Part shown: positions 1-12,675 of the stretch, piece by piece | Position numbering within the stretch: position 1 is the stretch's first letter | Layout of the letters: each line of letters opens with the position of its first letter | Assembly: GCF_052425735.1 (NCBI RefSeq) | Contig: NC_135760.1 | Span: 1,612,001-1,676,000 of the forward strand | DNA length: 64,000 bases | Reading direction: 5' to 3' | Source of the DNA: Oculina patagonica | Lineage: Eukaryota | Program-made: the position numbers and the translations under genes | Notes under the pieces: generated by a model | Told to the model about the DNA's origin: nothing | Seen by the model: only the letters and a program-made list of their open reading frames with translations | Database searches by the model: none

Positions 1-1217
1 TGTTTGAGGTAAGCTCACAATGTCTTGAAAGTATTCTTTTTTCACTGCACTGGTTTGAACTTGGGCGTCAGGTTGTGGTGAATTTTTATCAATTTCCTGT
101 AACACAGACTGTACCATAGTAAAATCTAAAAGAGGCAGTTCCAAGGTGAAACTATCCAATATGCTCACAACAATTCCATCAGCCAGTTCAGAGCTGAACA
201 TGTTCCAGTTGAGGTCATCAGTCACTGGGTCCACAGTCTGCATGTTAGAGTCGAGAAGAAAGTTTATTATTTATTTAATGCTTATTTATAGTGGGTTCGT
301 ACAGGTCCTGGAAAACCTGGAAAGTTGTAGAAGTTTATTGTGGCACTCTCCAGGACTGGAGAGTCCTGGAAAAAACTACCGGTCTTGGAAAGTTCTGGGA
401 ATCTGTTTAACTCAAGTAACAACTGAGTTCTCAGAAGTAATATTATAAGAAATGCACACACAGTTGAGGTCTTGGAAGTGAAAGAGTTAAATTAAATGTG
501 AATTTTGGAGTCCTGGAAAATCAATCTAAATCCTTGAACAGTCCTGGAAAATTTGTTTGTGAAAAAAGGGTATGAACCCTGTTATTGTTTACAATGGCCC
601 ATAAGCCTAATTGGTCACAAACAAGAACTTGAAAGAATTTTTTCAAATGTAGTGCTAAGTAAAGATAATTATTGGTGGATGAAAACATGTCGTGAAAATT
701 GTCTTAATTAAAAACTAAATTCTCCCAGAAAGAATTTAAGCAATGTGTAAAACATGGTAAAGAGAATTTGGACACTGACCTTGGGGCTTGAAGAGTTAAA
801 ACCCTGTTTTTGTTTGGATGTTTTCCTTGTATTTCTTTGCCAAATGTCTCCCTCTTCGAGTACCTCCACAAGAACATCCTTTTCAAGGCAGGATTTCAAC
901 CTCTGATCATTAGTGTCCTGGCTAGTTTTCACCTTATTCCCATTTAAGAGACCCTTCCGCTGTGATTGGTCAAGACCAGCATGCATGGACGCAGAATAGA
1001 AAGGTGGTACACCATGTGGGTATCCATGGTAACACATTCCTGGATGGTACCACGTGTATGGCGTGGTCGGAGCTGGACACTGGTGTCCCCAGTACTTTTC
1101 CCAAAGTCGCTGTTGCACTTCCTGACCAATGAGAGTTGTGTTTGCCAGACTGTAATGAGCCATGTGCACCCCAGGGGGGAAGTGAGGGGCATTGATGTTG
1201 TGCTGATAATGGCTCAT
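1..1217 (-). CDS. Unknown protein, spliced, runs off the left edge of the window
   Basis: Coding exon 1217-780 has ATG at 1217, acceptor cttacctttcag ending at 1229 and donor AAG|GTCAGT (438 nt, phase 0). It joins exon 237-<1 (acceptor ctaacatgcag), which stays open to the edge (TVDPVTDDLNWNMFSSELADGIVVSILDSFTLEL...). A likely 5'UTR exon has donor CAG|GTAGGT at ~1808. No family recognised. Confidence 0.6.
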
Positions 1218-2743
1218 CTACAATGCTGCTGAAAGGTAAGTTGTTAAACATTTTGTGAGTGATCAACATCTCACCTTCTCTGATATTATCAATACACTGT
1301 TTAGCAGACAAGTTATAAAAGTTTAAAAAAATATCAAGAAGAATTTTCAATTTTTCCAAACTTACAGTTATTGTAGAGGAAATGAAGAGAATCAATAGAG
1401 GAGAATTAAGCTTTTCATCAGTATATTTGTAAACACTAACCGGTAAAAGAACTCAAAATAATATAAACCATCGGTAGTCTGTTTAGATTCTGATAATCGA
1501 CTGAGGCCCACAAGATAAAAAAGTCGATTTTCTTTTTCATTCAGTTTCTGTTTTGCTTATAAGCTTTTTAATTAAGCCTAATCTTCTATCAATTCAGGAT
1601 TATTTAATTCTCGTCAAATTAATCAGAATTAATATTAAACATGCAACGTAATAAAAAATGTTCACCACCATATGCTCAAACCTAACTACCAAAACGGAGA
1701 AAGAACAGAATTAAGACAAGAATCAACGGGAATCGAGCATCTCTGTACTGATCGATGATTTCTTTCAGTCTGAAAACATCCACAAAGGAAGAATTCGTAA
1801 AACCTACCTGGATGTGGAAATTCTCGAACTATTTTGTACGTTTGATCTTTTGTACAAAACTGAGCAAACTTTGAAGATTCGTTCCTTTCTATTCTTTTCG
1901 CTCGCGAATGTTTACAGTTTGTTGATCGAAGGCTATGGGAACCATGAGCTCAGATGCAAGCTCGCGCCAACTGCATTTTCGTCAAGCGCGAGCTCTTCGT
2001 AGTTCGTAAATTTGCAATACGGTCGACTTTTCTCTCTGTACGATCAGCTAAGTAATAGGCTTAACTTTGTTCGGGCCCCGGGAGCCATGAGCTGATTAAT
2101 CAAATCGCGATGGTAATCTTTATTCAATTGAACTAATTGTGAAGTAAACAAACGCAAGATTGCAGTTAATTTTCGTGTGCAACCCAAAATATTGCTTTTA
2201 AGAACAGTGTCTTTATATTTATACCATAGTTTATACAACCAAAGAAAATATACTTACAGAGATCATAGCAACATTGAAGGCGAATCCTTGTCCGCCCTGG
2301 TTGTCCGCCATTTTTCAGATTTTTGACGTCCAACCTTGAACCCAGGGCCTTCCGTGATAGAGTGACCGTTATCGTCCTGTAAACTCGTACCCAGGGTCTT
2401 CATGGTGCTTGATCAACCGGTTGGTGGTTGATAGACCAAAACTCGACTATGGTGAATATTGGTATTAGTATGGATTAGAGGGACAGCTGTCCCTCCAATC
2501 CATACTAAGCTTTCTTATTTTATCATTTTTTAAAAGAGTACCATGCCTTTGCGTTTAAACCAATAACTCTCAAATTTGGTTATTAATTTTTGGATGCTCT
2601 TTCAGATGACAGGCCCAATTTTTCAATTCAATCGAAATTGAATATTTGTACCCAGTCCCCCGCTCGTTTCGAACATTTTCTGAATGTATGAAGAATGTCG
2701 CGATTTTCCGAACGCTTTCGACTTTTTCCGAGGAAGATCCTAA

Positions 2744-3023
2744 TAGAGCAGTTTTCAATTGAGTGTAGTAAAACAAAAACCAAAGTAATTACTCTGGCCA
2801 ATCACAAAGGACATAGACAATCCAGTGAACCAATCAAAACACGAAGAAAATACATGTAGTTGGTACGAAGCGCGAGAAAACGTGCGCGAGCGAGTCGCGA
2901 TTGGTTTTTAGTTCTGATTGGCTGAGAAAGGGGCGCGAGATTTTTAAACCAATCACCGATCGTAGTAATGCAAAACCAAAGCAAACGCAATTAACTTTCG
3001 AAACTCAAGTGAAAACCGCTCTA
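2744..3023. mobile_element. MITE, PIF/Harbinger-like
   Basis: TIRs TAGAGCAGTTTTCAATTGAGT / ACTCAAGTGAAAACCGCTCTA, with TAA on both flanks. A partial copy of the left end lies at ~10290-10340. Confidence 0.75.
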
Positions 3024-3559
3024 TAATGATGGTCAGAAAACATTGTCAGTGCTTCGAAACCTTTATGTCGATCAGCTAGCCTTGACTTTGTTCTCCAGTG
3101 CATCTCTCCACCCAGACTGCTACGGAAACTGGGATAGACTCGAGCCTAATGGGCCTCTAGGCCCACACGGAGACTTAACTTTGTTTCACTGTACTTGATT
3201 CAGAGCATAGACTATTTTTTCACTAAGCTTACTCAATGTAGTAAGTATAATGCATTGTCCTTCACGATACATGCACGATTATGAAGGATTTTTCAATAAT
3301 CATTGAGGGTTTTAAGAAAGTTTTTTAAAAGTCAAACCATTTACACCTGTTACATCAATCGATAGACTCGAAAAAGACTTTGCTCTTCCATAAATAAACG
3401 GGAACTTAAAATGTGCCCTGTCCTTCTTAAAACCATAACGGACCCGCCGATGCTTTCTTTCCGCGTTCACTTTGATTTTCACAGCGCTGTTAAATTTTCA
3501 GTTACTCAGTCGCGCCATATATAAATGCTTAAAAAAAGCACAATCTTATTTCTTTTTTT

Positions 3560-3762
3560 CCTTTTTAATCAGTGAGCGAACAAAATCTCAGACATCTATC
3601 ACTTTACTGTACAAACATGTGCGGAATATCTGTCTTGACGTCGACCTTTTTAATCAGTCAGCGAACAACATCTCAGACAACATCTCAGTTTTATTTTGTG
3701 CGGAATATCTGTCTTGACGTCGACCTTTTTAATCAGTGAGCGAACAACATCTCAGACATCTC
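3560..3762 (+). repeat. Complex tandem duplication containing pieces of the downstream GPCR CDS
   Basis: Three copies of CCTTTTTAATCAGT(G/C)AGCGAACAA(A/C)ATCTCAGACA alternate with two copies (3618-3646, 3687-3725) of sequence matching 4259-4297. Confidence 0.85.
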
Positions 3763-3931
3763 ACACAATGACGTTATAATTTCAAGAAGACTAATGGACA
3801 AATGGCGACATTTAAAAGTCTAACTACGTCGATAACACAACTTTTCCAATAACAGTTGCAAGCATATTGCCTTTTGTCACTGAAACACAAGCCCACTTTA
3901 CAGCTGGTTATTTTGTAACATACCAAGAATA

Positions 3932-4852
3932 ATGGCAAACTCTACAGGAGAAGGAAACTTCTCAATCAAACTAAACCAGGCATTCAGCGCTTCACCAACA
4001 GGCATAGCTGAATTTGTATCAGCTTTGAACATTTTTCTTTCTATCACCGCATCTCTGGGCAATGCTCTTATCCTAATTGCTCTTCATAAAGTCTCGTCTA
4101 TTCATCCTCCGACGAAACTTTTCTTTCGAAGCCTGGCGTTCACTGATCTTTGCGTTGGACTTTTTGTACAGCCTCTCTATGCGATCTACAAGTTGTCTCT
4201 TTTGAAAAAGGCGGGCATGAATGTTTTGTATTACGCTTACGAAGTATTTTGGGCTTCGAGTTTTATTTTGTGCGGAATATCTGCCTTGACGTCGACCGCA
4301 ATTAGTGTGGACAGACTTCTCGCCCTGTTGCTGGGACTAAGATACAAACATGTCGTAACATCAAGGCGAGTTCGTGTAGTTATAACTTTGTTCTGGTTAA
4401 TTGGTGCATCGACTGGAGGGATCTGGGTGTGGAGAGAAGATATTGCCAGGAGTGAAATCGTTGTTGTCATAACGCTTTCTCTAGTTACTTCGTTTTTCTG
4501 TTACACGAGGATCCACTTCAATCTACGACATCATCAAGCTCAAGTACAAAACAATGTTCCCCAAGGACAACCGAACGGAGGAGGGATTCCATTGAACATA
4601 GCAAGATACAAAAAGACAGTTTCTAGCATAATGTGGATGCAGTTGGCATTAGTTGCCTGCTATGTTCCGATTAGCATCGTGGCTGTGCTAAACAGAGTAA
4701 ATATGAAACAAATAGAATATGATGCGGCTTATACAGCCGCAGGTACTTTAGTCTTCTTGAAATCTTCTCTTAACCCGATCTTGTACTGCTACAAGATCAA
4801 AGACGTGAGACAAGCAGTAAAGACCACAATCAAACAGCTTTGCTGTTTTTAA
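3932..4852 (+). CDS. Intronless class A GPCR (cnidarian melanocortin/adenosine receptor-like family), 306 aa
   Basis: Seven hydrophobic segments. Motifs: GN (TM1), LAxxD (TM2), SVDRL in place of DRY, CYVP (TM6), NPILY (TM7). Confidence 0.93.
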   Translation: MANSTGEGNFSIKLNQAFSASPTGIAEFVSALNIFLSITASLGNALILIALHKVSSIHPPTKLFFRSLAFTDLCVGLFVQPLYAIYKLSLLKKAGMNVLYYAYEVFWASSFILCGISALTSTAISVDRLLALLLGLRYKHVVTSRRVRVVITLFWLIGASTGGIWVWREDIARSEIVVVITLSLVTSFFCYTRIHFNLRHHQAQVQNNVPQGQPNGGGIPLNIARYKKTVSSIMWMQLALVACYVPISIVAVLNRVNMKQIEYDAAYTAAGTLVFLKSSLNPILYCYKIKDVRQAVKTTIKQLCCF

Positions 4853-6045
4853 AAAATGAACTGTAGATCGAAAAAATGCCTTACCAAGTAAAATTAAACA
4901 AAGTACGAAAAAAATTAAATGAAAAGAAGCAGATTGAAGTACTTTAATTATATTAGTGGCTTTTTAATCGATCAGCGATTGATGTAAGATTTTAGGTTTC
5001 AATTTTCCGAGCTTTTTATTTTGGGTAAGTAGTATCATAAGTACTGGCCTCTACGTTTCGATTTAAGTCTTTTTAAATATGTTGTTTTTCATCCAATTAA
5101 CTGGAACTTTCTAGTACTGCGTGCATCTTCTTGGGGTACGGTCCAGACAAGTAGGCTGAAAAGCCGCCAATGCATCGCACAAGTAACTTGTTCTTTCAAG
5201 CCTTTAAATGGTCCAAACGAAAACTATTTCCGGAGAATCTTGAAATATCTTTCTTTCTGGCATCCGAAATGATTTCCCGACTTTTTTTGGCTGTCTGATG
5301 TATGTTAAAATAAAAATATCCCTCGCATACAGTATGGCCGAAATAACAATTGTAAGAATACACGAAAGTGATTCGAAAAATTATGTTCTCCGATTGGCAA
5401 GATAATGCAAAGGAGTTTTTTCAGAGCTTTTTTCAGAGCCGTTTTTTCAGAGCTTTTCGTCGCTCCGATTTCTGCCGGTTAACTTTGTTTCACCCCGAAT
5501 AACTGCACCTCGGTCTCCGAGGATGTCAGTTTCATATCAAGTGAAATATTAATTTTCGTCAAAAGGGTGAAATTGCAAATGCGTGTCATAACCGAGTTGG
5601 TATGTGCAATATACTGAAAATAAAACTTTCATTTTACCAAGTTTCTACCTTCTCTGCAGGTGCTTTGATCAGACCCAAGCGGCTGTCATTTCCTCAATCG
5701 AGAATGTGCCACTGTTAAAATTAGCACAATAAATATTTGATGTGTCGAGTTTCATTAATTAAATTGAAAAATGAAAACCCTGTCATCTGAAAGAGCCATT
5801 AGTTTATTTACAAAATGTGATTGTTATTGGTTTAAACACATAGGTATGGTTCACTTTTAGAAATCGCTAAAATAAGAGAGCTTAGTATGGATTGGAGGGA
5901 AATACCTTTGCGTTTAAACTAATAACTCTTAAATTTGGTTAAGTTACTAATTTTTGGATGCTCTTTCAGATAACAGGTCCAATTTTTCAGTTAAATCGAT
6001 ATTGAATATTCGTACCCAGTCCCCCACTCGTTTCGAACATGGCTT

Positions 6046-6215
6046 ATTGTGGCTGTCCTAATTGTGAATGGGATGGGAAATCACGTGGCGTTAAAAGCAA
6101 CAGTGACTCTCGTCTTTTTTAGCTCATCTCTAAACCCGATCTTGTACTGTTGGAAAATCCGAGAAGTGAAATGAGCAGCGGAGGACGCAATCGGACAGCT
6201 TTATTGCTTTACTGC
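6046..6215 (+). pseudogene. GPCR paralog remnant (TM6-TM7-helix 8 only)
   Basis: Translates IVAVLIVNGMGNHVALKATVTLVFFSSSLNPILYCWKIREVK*AAEDAIGQLYCF with an in-frame TGA at 6172-6174. No upstream TM1-5 is present. Confidence 0.85.
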
Positions 6216-6256
6216 TTAGCCACTGAGCCTGGTCATGAGTCGAAATCCGAGAGGCA

Positions 6257-6549
6257 GACTCCCATATGACATGAAAGGGGCGGGGATGCTCGTCGTCTCG
6301 CTTAGGGGTGTAAATGTCTGATTTTTTGGTCTCACTTAGGGAGTTCCGGGCAAACAGCCAATAATTGTAGCCGTCAAGGTCTCGTTTAGGCTTGTACACG
6401 AAAAAATATAAAATATAAATTCTATTTTTTTCGTATTTTGGTATCTTGTTGGATTCAGAAAACGCTCGAGCCACGCCCAAATTGATCTCCTTTAGGGCTT
6501 TTATTCAAACTTTTCGATGAGCATCCCCACCCCTTGTATATGGGAGGAC
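6257..6549. mobile_element. MITE
   Basis: Inverted ends CTCCCATAT...AAGGGGCGGGGATGCTCGTCG / CGATGAGCATCCCCACCCCTT...ATATGGGAG. Confidence 0.65.
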
Positions 6550-8539
6550 ACCCAGAAGTCGAACCAAGAATTACAATCAAGTCATGGCTGAGACAATTTT
6601 ATGATTGGAGATCGCAGAATGTATAAAAACATACCCTTTAATTAATTCAAGTAAAAAAATTTAAGAAACTGCAGCACAACCGATTTTTGATTTCCGGTTC
6701 TTTGAGTTCTGTCGCAGAGCTAATGAAAAATCTCTCTTTTTAGACTGTATAATGACTGAGTCTGTTTTAAAAGAAGTTGAACTGAATTGCGCCTATTCTA
6801 TTTGAATTCGCAATTTGTAAAAGGTTCTGTTAACACTCGCCAAAGGGCATGAAAAGGGTGCCGTTTAAACTGTTCTTATCTGAATTGTTCGCACAGATTC
6901 CGAGCAAATGTTACTATCTAGTGATCTAGGATGATTATAGTTTAATAAATTGGCATTTCAACAAATATATTAAAATATAGAAAAGTACAACTGTACGACC
7001 CTTTTATCGTTTGCTTATTTTGGTCTCATTTATAAATGCCGAAAAATCTAAGCCTCGCTGCCGGCTAAAATTCGTTTTATTACTGGACTCGTGTTTGATG
7101 CGTCAAACTGCATATTCTGGTCCAATATGATTTGTCCAATCAGGAACGAACTTTGTTTCTTTTGTTTCTATCTTGTGTTGTGATTGGTTCAAAAATCTTT
7201 AATAGAAGTCCCCAGGGAGTTTAAACTTGACCTTGCAGAATTTTCTGGATGAAATGTTTTGTATGTGTGTTTGAAAGTTAAAATGAAGCTTTTATGTTAC
7301 TAAATAAATTAATTTCCCTGTAAGCGTTTTTGTTAAAAAAAAATTGGCAGATGGCAAACAAATGTCACCATCTATCTAAGCTGTTTAATTAGTTTGGTGA
7401 TCAGTACATATGTCATGCAAGGGATATGTCAATATTGAGAGTTAATAACCGCAACACACAAACTTTTCTATCTCAGATCGTTTTTCAATATTCAACAAAT
7501 GCATGAAAAGAGACGAAAAGGGACAACTCAAATATTCTTTCAACGCTTTTCTTATCTCACGGCGGGAAATGGGAAAGCGCGGGCTTTAATACTAGTTTTA
7601 AAGAATAAATCTTTGTTCGCTGCGTGGCACTTCTAACTGTCAATATTGCGAAAAAAAGTGTATTGTAAGTGCCAAAAAGTTCATTATAAACCGTTTCGGG
7701 CAGCCCTTTATCAGTGGTGAATTGGTCGTAAATCAAAGCATGGACTTCACCTTATTACATGAAATTTTAGTGACACTTTAATTAAGCGATTTTTCATAAA
7801 TTTTGGAACATAAATCACTTAATTTTCCAAAATTTCATGAATATATTTATTCGCTAAATTATAAAGTGTCGCCACAATTTCATGTAATAAGGTATGTCGG
7901 AATCATTAGTTAGATAGTGCAATTAAAAATAAAAAAGTAAAACGTTTTCTGTCGTAGCTACATGTCAAAGTAAATCAATACACCTGCGCATGATCTGTGT
8001 GTATATAGGACAAACTGACAGCCGTTTTAAGACTCGGCGAATGGACCAAAAATTCCCAAAAATTAGCAAAGTTCTTCAAAATTATCATTCAAAATTTGTC
8101 TTCGTCTTTATCAGTTGGAACAATTCTTGGTTTATTTTCGCCTTTTTAATACTCCTTTGTTGTTTTTTATGTAAGAAAACTATTGTTTTGAGGTTTCCTT
8201 TAATTTGAAAGGAATCCCAAAAATGACTTAGTATACCGAAACGTTGCTCCTTTATTAAAAAAGAAACTGTCATATCTATCACTTTTCAGCACAAACATGA
8301 CTTCATAATTTTAAGATAACGGACAATTGGGGAAATTTAAAATTCTAATAATACAATAATTACACCGAGTCCCAAAGTATATTAAAAATTAATGTAACGT
8401 CCCGTTAAACAGTTATTAAACACATTGGAAAGTAGAAAAAAAAGAAGCTTAAGTTCCCACGAAAATAAGTAACGATAAGGGAGATTTTCTCAACCAAAAG
8501 CTCTTTTCACTGGAAGCTTAATGTTTTCCACGACGAAAA

Positions 8540-9445
8540 ATGGCCAACATTACTGAAGATGGAAACTGCACAAGCAATATGAGTGACATAGGCAGCGCAC
8601 AACCAGCTGGTATACTTCAATTTTTCTCCGCTTTGAACATTTTTCTTTCCATCACCGCATCTCTGGGCAATGCTCTGATACTTGTTGCCCTTCATAAAGT
8701 ATCTTCTATTCATCCTCCGACAAAACTTTTCTTTCAATGTCTGGCAGTCACTGATCTTTGCGTTGGACTTATTGTACAGCCACTCTATGCAACCGACATT
8801 ATATCTCGTATAACAAAGATGAACGTGAATATTTTGCACTATCTTACCATGGTTTTGGATGTTTCAGGGTGGATTTTGTGTGCAGTATCTGGCTTGACGT
8901 CGACTGCAGTTAGTGTGGACAGACTTCTTGCTTTGTTGTTGGGACTGAGATACAGACATGTCGTAACAATAAGGCGAGTAAGTGTGATCATAATTTGTTT
9001 TTGGTTTATTGGTGCTTCAGTTGGAGCGCTAAGGATGTGGAGAAGAGACATTGCCTTAAAGCAAGTCGCTTGTCTCATAATAACTTGCCTGGTAACTTCA
9101 ATTTTCTGTTTCACAAGCATTCACTTCAAACTACGACATCAACAAGCTCAAGTACATGTTCCCCAAGGACAACCAAACGGAGGAGGGATTCCACTGAACA
9201 TAGCAAGATACAAAAAGTCAGTTTCCAGCATAATATGGGTGCAGTTAGCATTAGTTGCTTGCTATGTTCCGTTTGGCATTGTTGCAGTGCTTAATGGCAG
9301 AGGAATTGAGAATTTCCTGGCTTTGTTAGCTACAGAGACTTTAGTCTATCTAAACTCTTCTCTAAACCCGATCTCGTACTGTTGGAAGATCCGAGCAGTG
9401 AAAGAGGCAGTGAAAGACACAATCAAACAGCTTGACTGTTTTTAA
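8540..9445 (+). CDS. Intronless class A GPCR paralog 2, 301 aa
   Basis: Same motifs as 3932-4852 (SVDRL, CYVP, NPISY) and high similarity along the whole length. Confidence 0.93.
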   Translation: MANITEDGNCTSNMSDIGSAQPAGILQFFSALNIFLSITASLGNALILVALHKVSSIHPPTKLFFQCLAVTDLCVGLIVQPLYATDIISRITKMNVNILHYLTMVLDVSGWILCAVSGLTSTAVSVDRLLALLLGLRYRHVVTIRRVSVIIICFWFIGASVGALRMWRRDIALKQVACLIITCLVTSIFCFTSIHFKLRHQQAQVHVPQGQPNGGGIPLNIARYKKSVSSIIWVQLALVACYVPFGIVAVLNGRGIENFLALLATETLVYLNSSLNPISYCWKIRAVKEAVKDTIKQLDCF

Positions 9446-9591
9446 TTAAAAACGTTACCTGTGTTTATCGTGTTGTATATAGATCGACATGATGTTGTAA
9501 AGTAAAAGTATAGTGACAAAAAGTATACAAATAGTGCAGTTACTTAAAATACTAAGCCGCCGATGAGTATGATTATTAATTTTGTGTTCTT

Positions 9592-9748
9592 TGGCCTGTG
9601 AACAGGTTCTCCGATCGAGGATGGGGCGAAATGAAGTAGGAAGAGAAAGGAGGCTGTTTTTTTCTCCCCGTGGCCCTTCTCGGCTCGCTTCCCTCGCCGA
9701 ACGTTTTCGCTCTGTCCCACTTGGGAGCGGAAGCCTGCTCGCAGGCTA
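9592..9748. mobile_element. Short MITE with TAGCCTG-type ends
   Basis: GCCTGTGAACAGGTT...AGCCTGCTCGCAGGCTA inverted termini. Confidence 0.55.
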
Positions 9749-10477
9749 TGTGTTTTTGAAATCAAGCGTTTTTTTTACTTAATCATGCAATAGTTCTTCA
9801 GCTCACTCAACATCCTCATCAATTGAGAATTTTTTCATTAAGGGAGCAATGTCACGGGAATTTCACAGATTTTCGGTCCAATCTGTTCTGAAATTAGTGG
9901 AAGGCAACCTAACTCATAAAAACATCTTTAAAAATCTTTAAGATTAAGTGGGATTATCTGTAACCATTCCCTGTGTGTTCCCAAATGTCTGCTTGAATGT
10001 CTGCTTTCGTAGTTCGTGAATTTTCAATACGGTCGACTATACTCTCTGTACGATCAGCTAAGTAGTAAGCTTATAAAAAATTGAAATCGCGATGGAAAAG
10101 CCTTATTTAATAAATTAACTAATTGTGAAGTAACCAAACGCGCGATTGCATTAAATGCTCGTGTGCAGCCAAAACAAATGCTTTTAAGGACTGTGTATTC
10201 TAGGGAGGACGAACTAACGTGTGAATTCTTATTTTCAGTGTCATTTATCATTACGATTCCAAAGATTGAAGAAAACTACAGCTCCAATGATAGAGCAGTT
10301 TTCAATTGAGTGTGTAAAACTAAAACCAAAGTAATTCTCTGGCCAATAAAAAAAGACACAGAAAATTGTGAAAAAATCAAAAAAAAAAAATGGGGGGGAA
10401 AAGGGGGGGGGGGTTTTAAAGGGGGGAATAAAAAAAAAAAAAAAAACTATCAGAATCCTAAAGCAAACTATCTACTA

Positions 10478-10778
10478 TTAGTATATACTCAAACAGTGAA
10501 TAGCGTTTTTGGTGCGCGCTGATTGGCTACTCAAACTCCAAATATCCTTAATTCACCTCCGAGCAACGCGCGTGAGAAAATTGTATTCGTTGCAGGAAAA
10601 AACTATTTAAAAATCATGCTTTAGGGTTATAGTACCTCACTGCTTTAGTATATACTAAAACAACTATTCACCTTAGTGTCGGTGGTTAGTGTTGGAAAGA
10701 GGAAAAGTTGGTGGCTAGTGGTGGATATAGCCACGGGTGACCGATACTGAGGTGAATAGTTGTTTTAGTATATACTCA
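10478..10778. repeat. Dispersed repeat with internal hairpin
   Basis: TATATACTAAAACAACTATTCACCTTAGTGTCGGT ... ACCGATACTGAGGTGAATAGTTGTTTTAGTATATA (10649-10775). A related copy lies at ~17915-18170. Confidence 0.65.
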
Positions 10779-12438
10779 GAGAGTGAGATAATATAGCCCG
10801 AAAGGATGATTTTTGAGAGAATGAGCTGGGACGTAAGGTGAACCCAGGGGGAATCCGTGGGGAAGGCGCCTTGCAACGAAACATTTGAAAAACAGAAGAC
10901 TGGACGCACGCAAAATAGGGGCATGCACGGGGAAGCTCCTGACGTTACGTGCGGAAACGCAAGGGGTTACACAAGAAATACATGAAGGGAAAGCGTAGTA
11001 GAACGGACGAGAAAACACGGTGGGGAATACAAAGCCAACGCGCGCGGAAAATAGGAGGGAACTGATGAGGAAAGTTAGGCCTTGTCACGGTTTTCTACGC
11101 CATCTTGACGAGTAGGCAAAGCGGGTAGAAATTACAGCGTTTGTATGGGAATCCGACGGCAAATATCTTCTACAAAAACTGAATTCTGGATAACTTATGA
11201 ATATTAGGCAAATGTTTTTATTCGCCGAGTTTAAAGGATGTAGCTGGGCTAGAATGCGTTCAGTTACGTTTTTAATTTCCCATACATTTGACTATATATT
11301 TTTCCGCAAATTGACGCGGTTCGCGGGAAAAATTATAGACAAATGTATGGGAAATTAAAAACGTAACTGAACGCTTTTTTAGCTTTTTGCTTACTTTCTC
11401 AAGATAGAAAAAATTCTCCCTGGAATTGTGCACCTTTAACGGTTAAGTACATTTAATACGCTCTCCAATTGACACTCCTCTTGACGTGTTATTGCTTTTA
11501 ATTACTAAGTATGTCGAAAAGTAAATGGCGATATAACAAATTAACAATTTTAATGCTTGAGGAGTGCTCTACGAGGGTCTGCCCGGGTTGGGGCGGGGAG
11601 GGGGGAAAGGATTTTGTGACGTTTTATGGGATTTTTTTCGCTGGTTACAAGAAATACATGATGGTTTTAAAAACTCGCAAAAAAATTTTTAAAATATCAT
11701 ACGTTATAAAAACAAAAACCACTGAATCCTTTATTCAATCTTTACAATTCATTTCTTGTAATTTAAACAATATATATTTTCCCAAAATAATAACAGGGAC
11801 GGGAGTGGCTAAAAACTTCAAAAGAAATGCTTCGTTGAATTGTACCAAGAAGAATAATTGAGTATGTATTGTGATGCATATGCAAAAATGCAGCACAAGA
11901 ATGTACAAGCATGCAGAAGCGTTGTCGCTATGCGTCTTGTTTGCTAACCATTGGTCAAATCTTATTTTCCATATTCATGACCACGCAGATCCGAGGTGAT
12001 TGTTTATCAGTCAGAGAAGTTCGCGGACGGGATAAGATGTGAAGCGCTCCCTTCTTTACGAGGAGAAATATTGGAGAAGAAGTGCTGACGCCGCTTGGAG
12101 GAACATAGTACCACACTGTTCAAATTCATGGTAAGCTGCTATTTCTTGGAAATTTACTTCAATTTAGAGCGCAGTATAAATTTTACGCCGGTAAATGTTG
12201 CTTCAAGTCTAAACACGTGCGCTTACTGACTAGGTTTACGTTTCTTGTCGAAGCTCTTTTAAAGCTTTTGCAAAGACTACAACTTGCAATAAGACTAAAG
12301 CTTTCAATTTTTAGCCTTTATCTCAACGAGCTAGAGTTTACCTTCTTTCATGAAAATATTTTTTTTCATCAAAGTTTGTCCAGGTCACGCACATGTAACA
12401 TTTTTTAGATTTTTTTTTTTTTTTTTTTCTCTTATTAA

Positions 12439-12675
12439 GGCCTCGTCCACACCGACCCGGGTAAATTTGAAAACGGAGAAATTAGGAAACGCCGCGTAAA
12501 ATGTTTTCCGTCCACATTTACCCGGGTAAATTTGAAAACGACACGCTTCATTGGTGAGTGTTTTTGAAAAGTCCCGTTTTCGGTTACCGAAAACGCCGTT
12601 TCAGTGTGGACGGTTGGCCTAACCGGAGGAAACAGATGCGTTTTCATATTTACCCGGGTCAGTGTGGACAATGCC
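12439..12675. mobile_element. PIF/Harbinger-like MITE
   Basis: TIRs GGCCTCGTCCACACCGACCCGGGTAAAT / ATTTACCCGGGTCAGTGTGGACAATGCC, with a TAA target duplication. Confidence 0.8.

Noticed and set aside
10365-10447. Poly-A/poly-G tract that could be a G-quadruplex or regulatory element
   Set aside because: It directly continues a MITE end and degenerates into homopolymers, typical of low-quality sequence.
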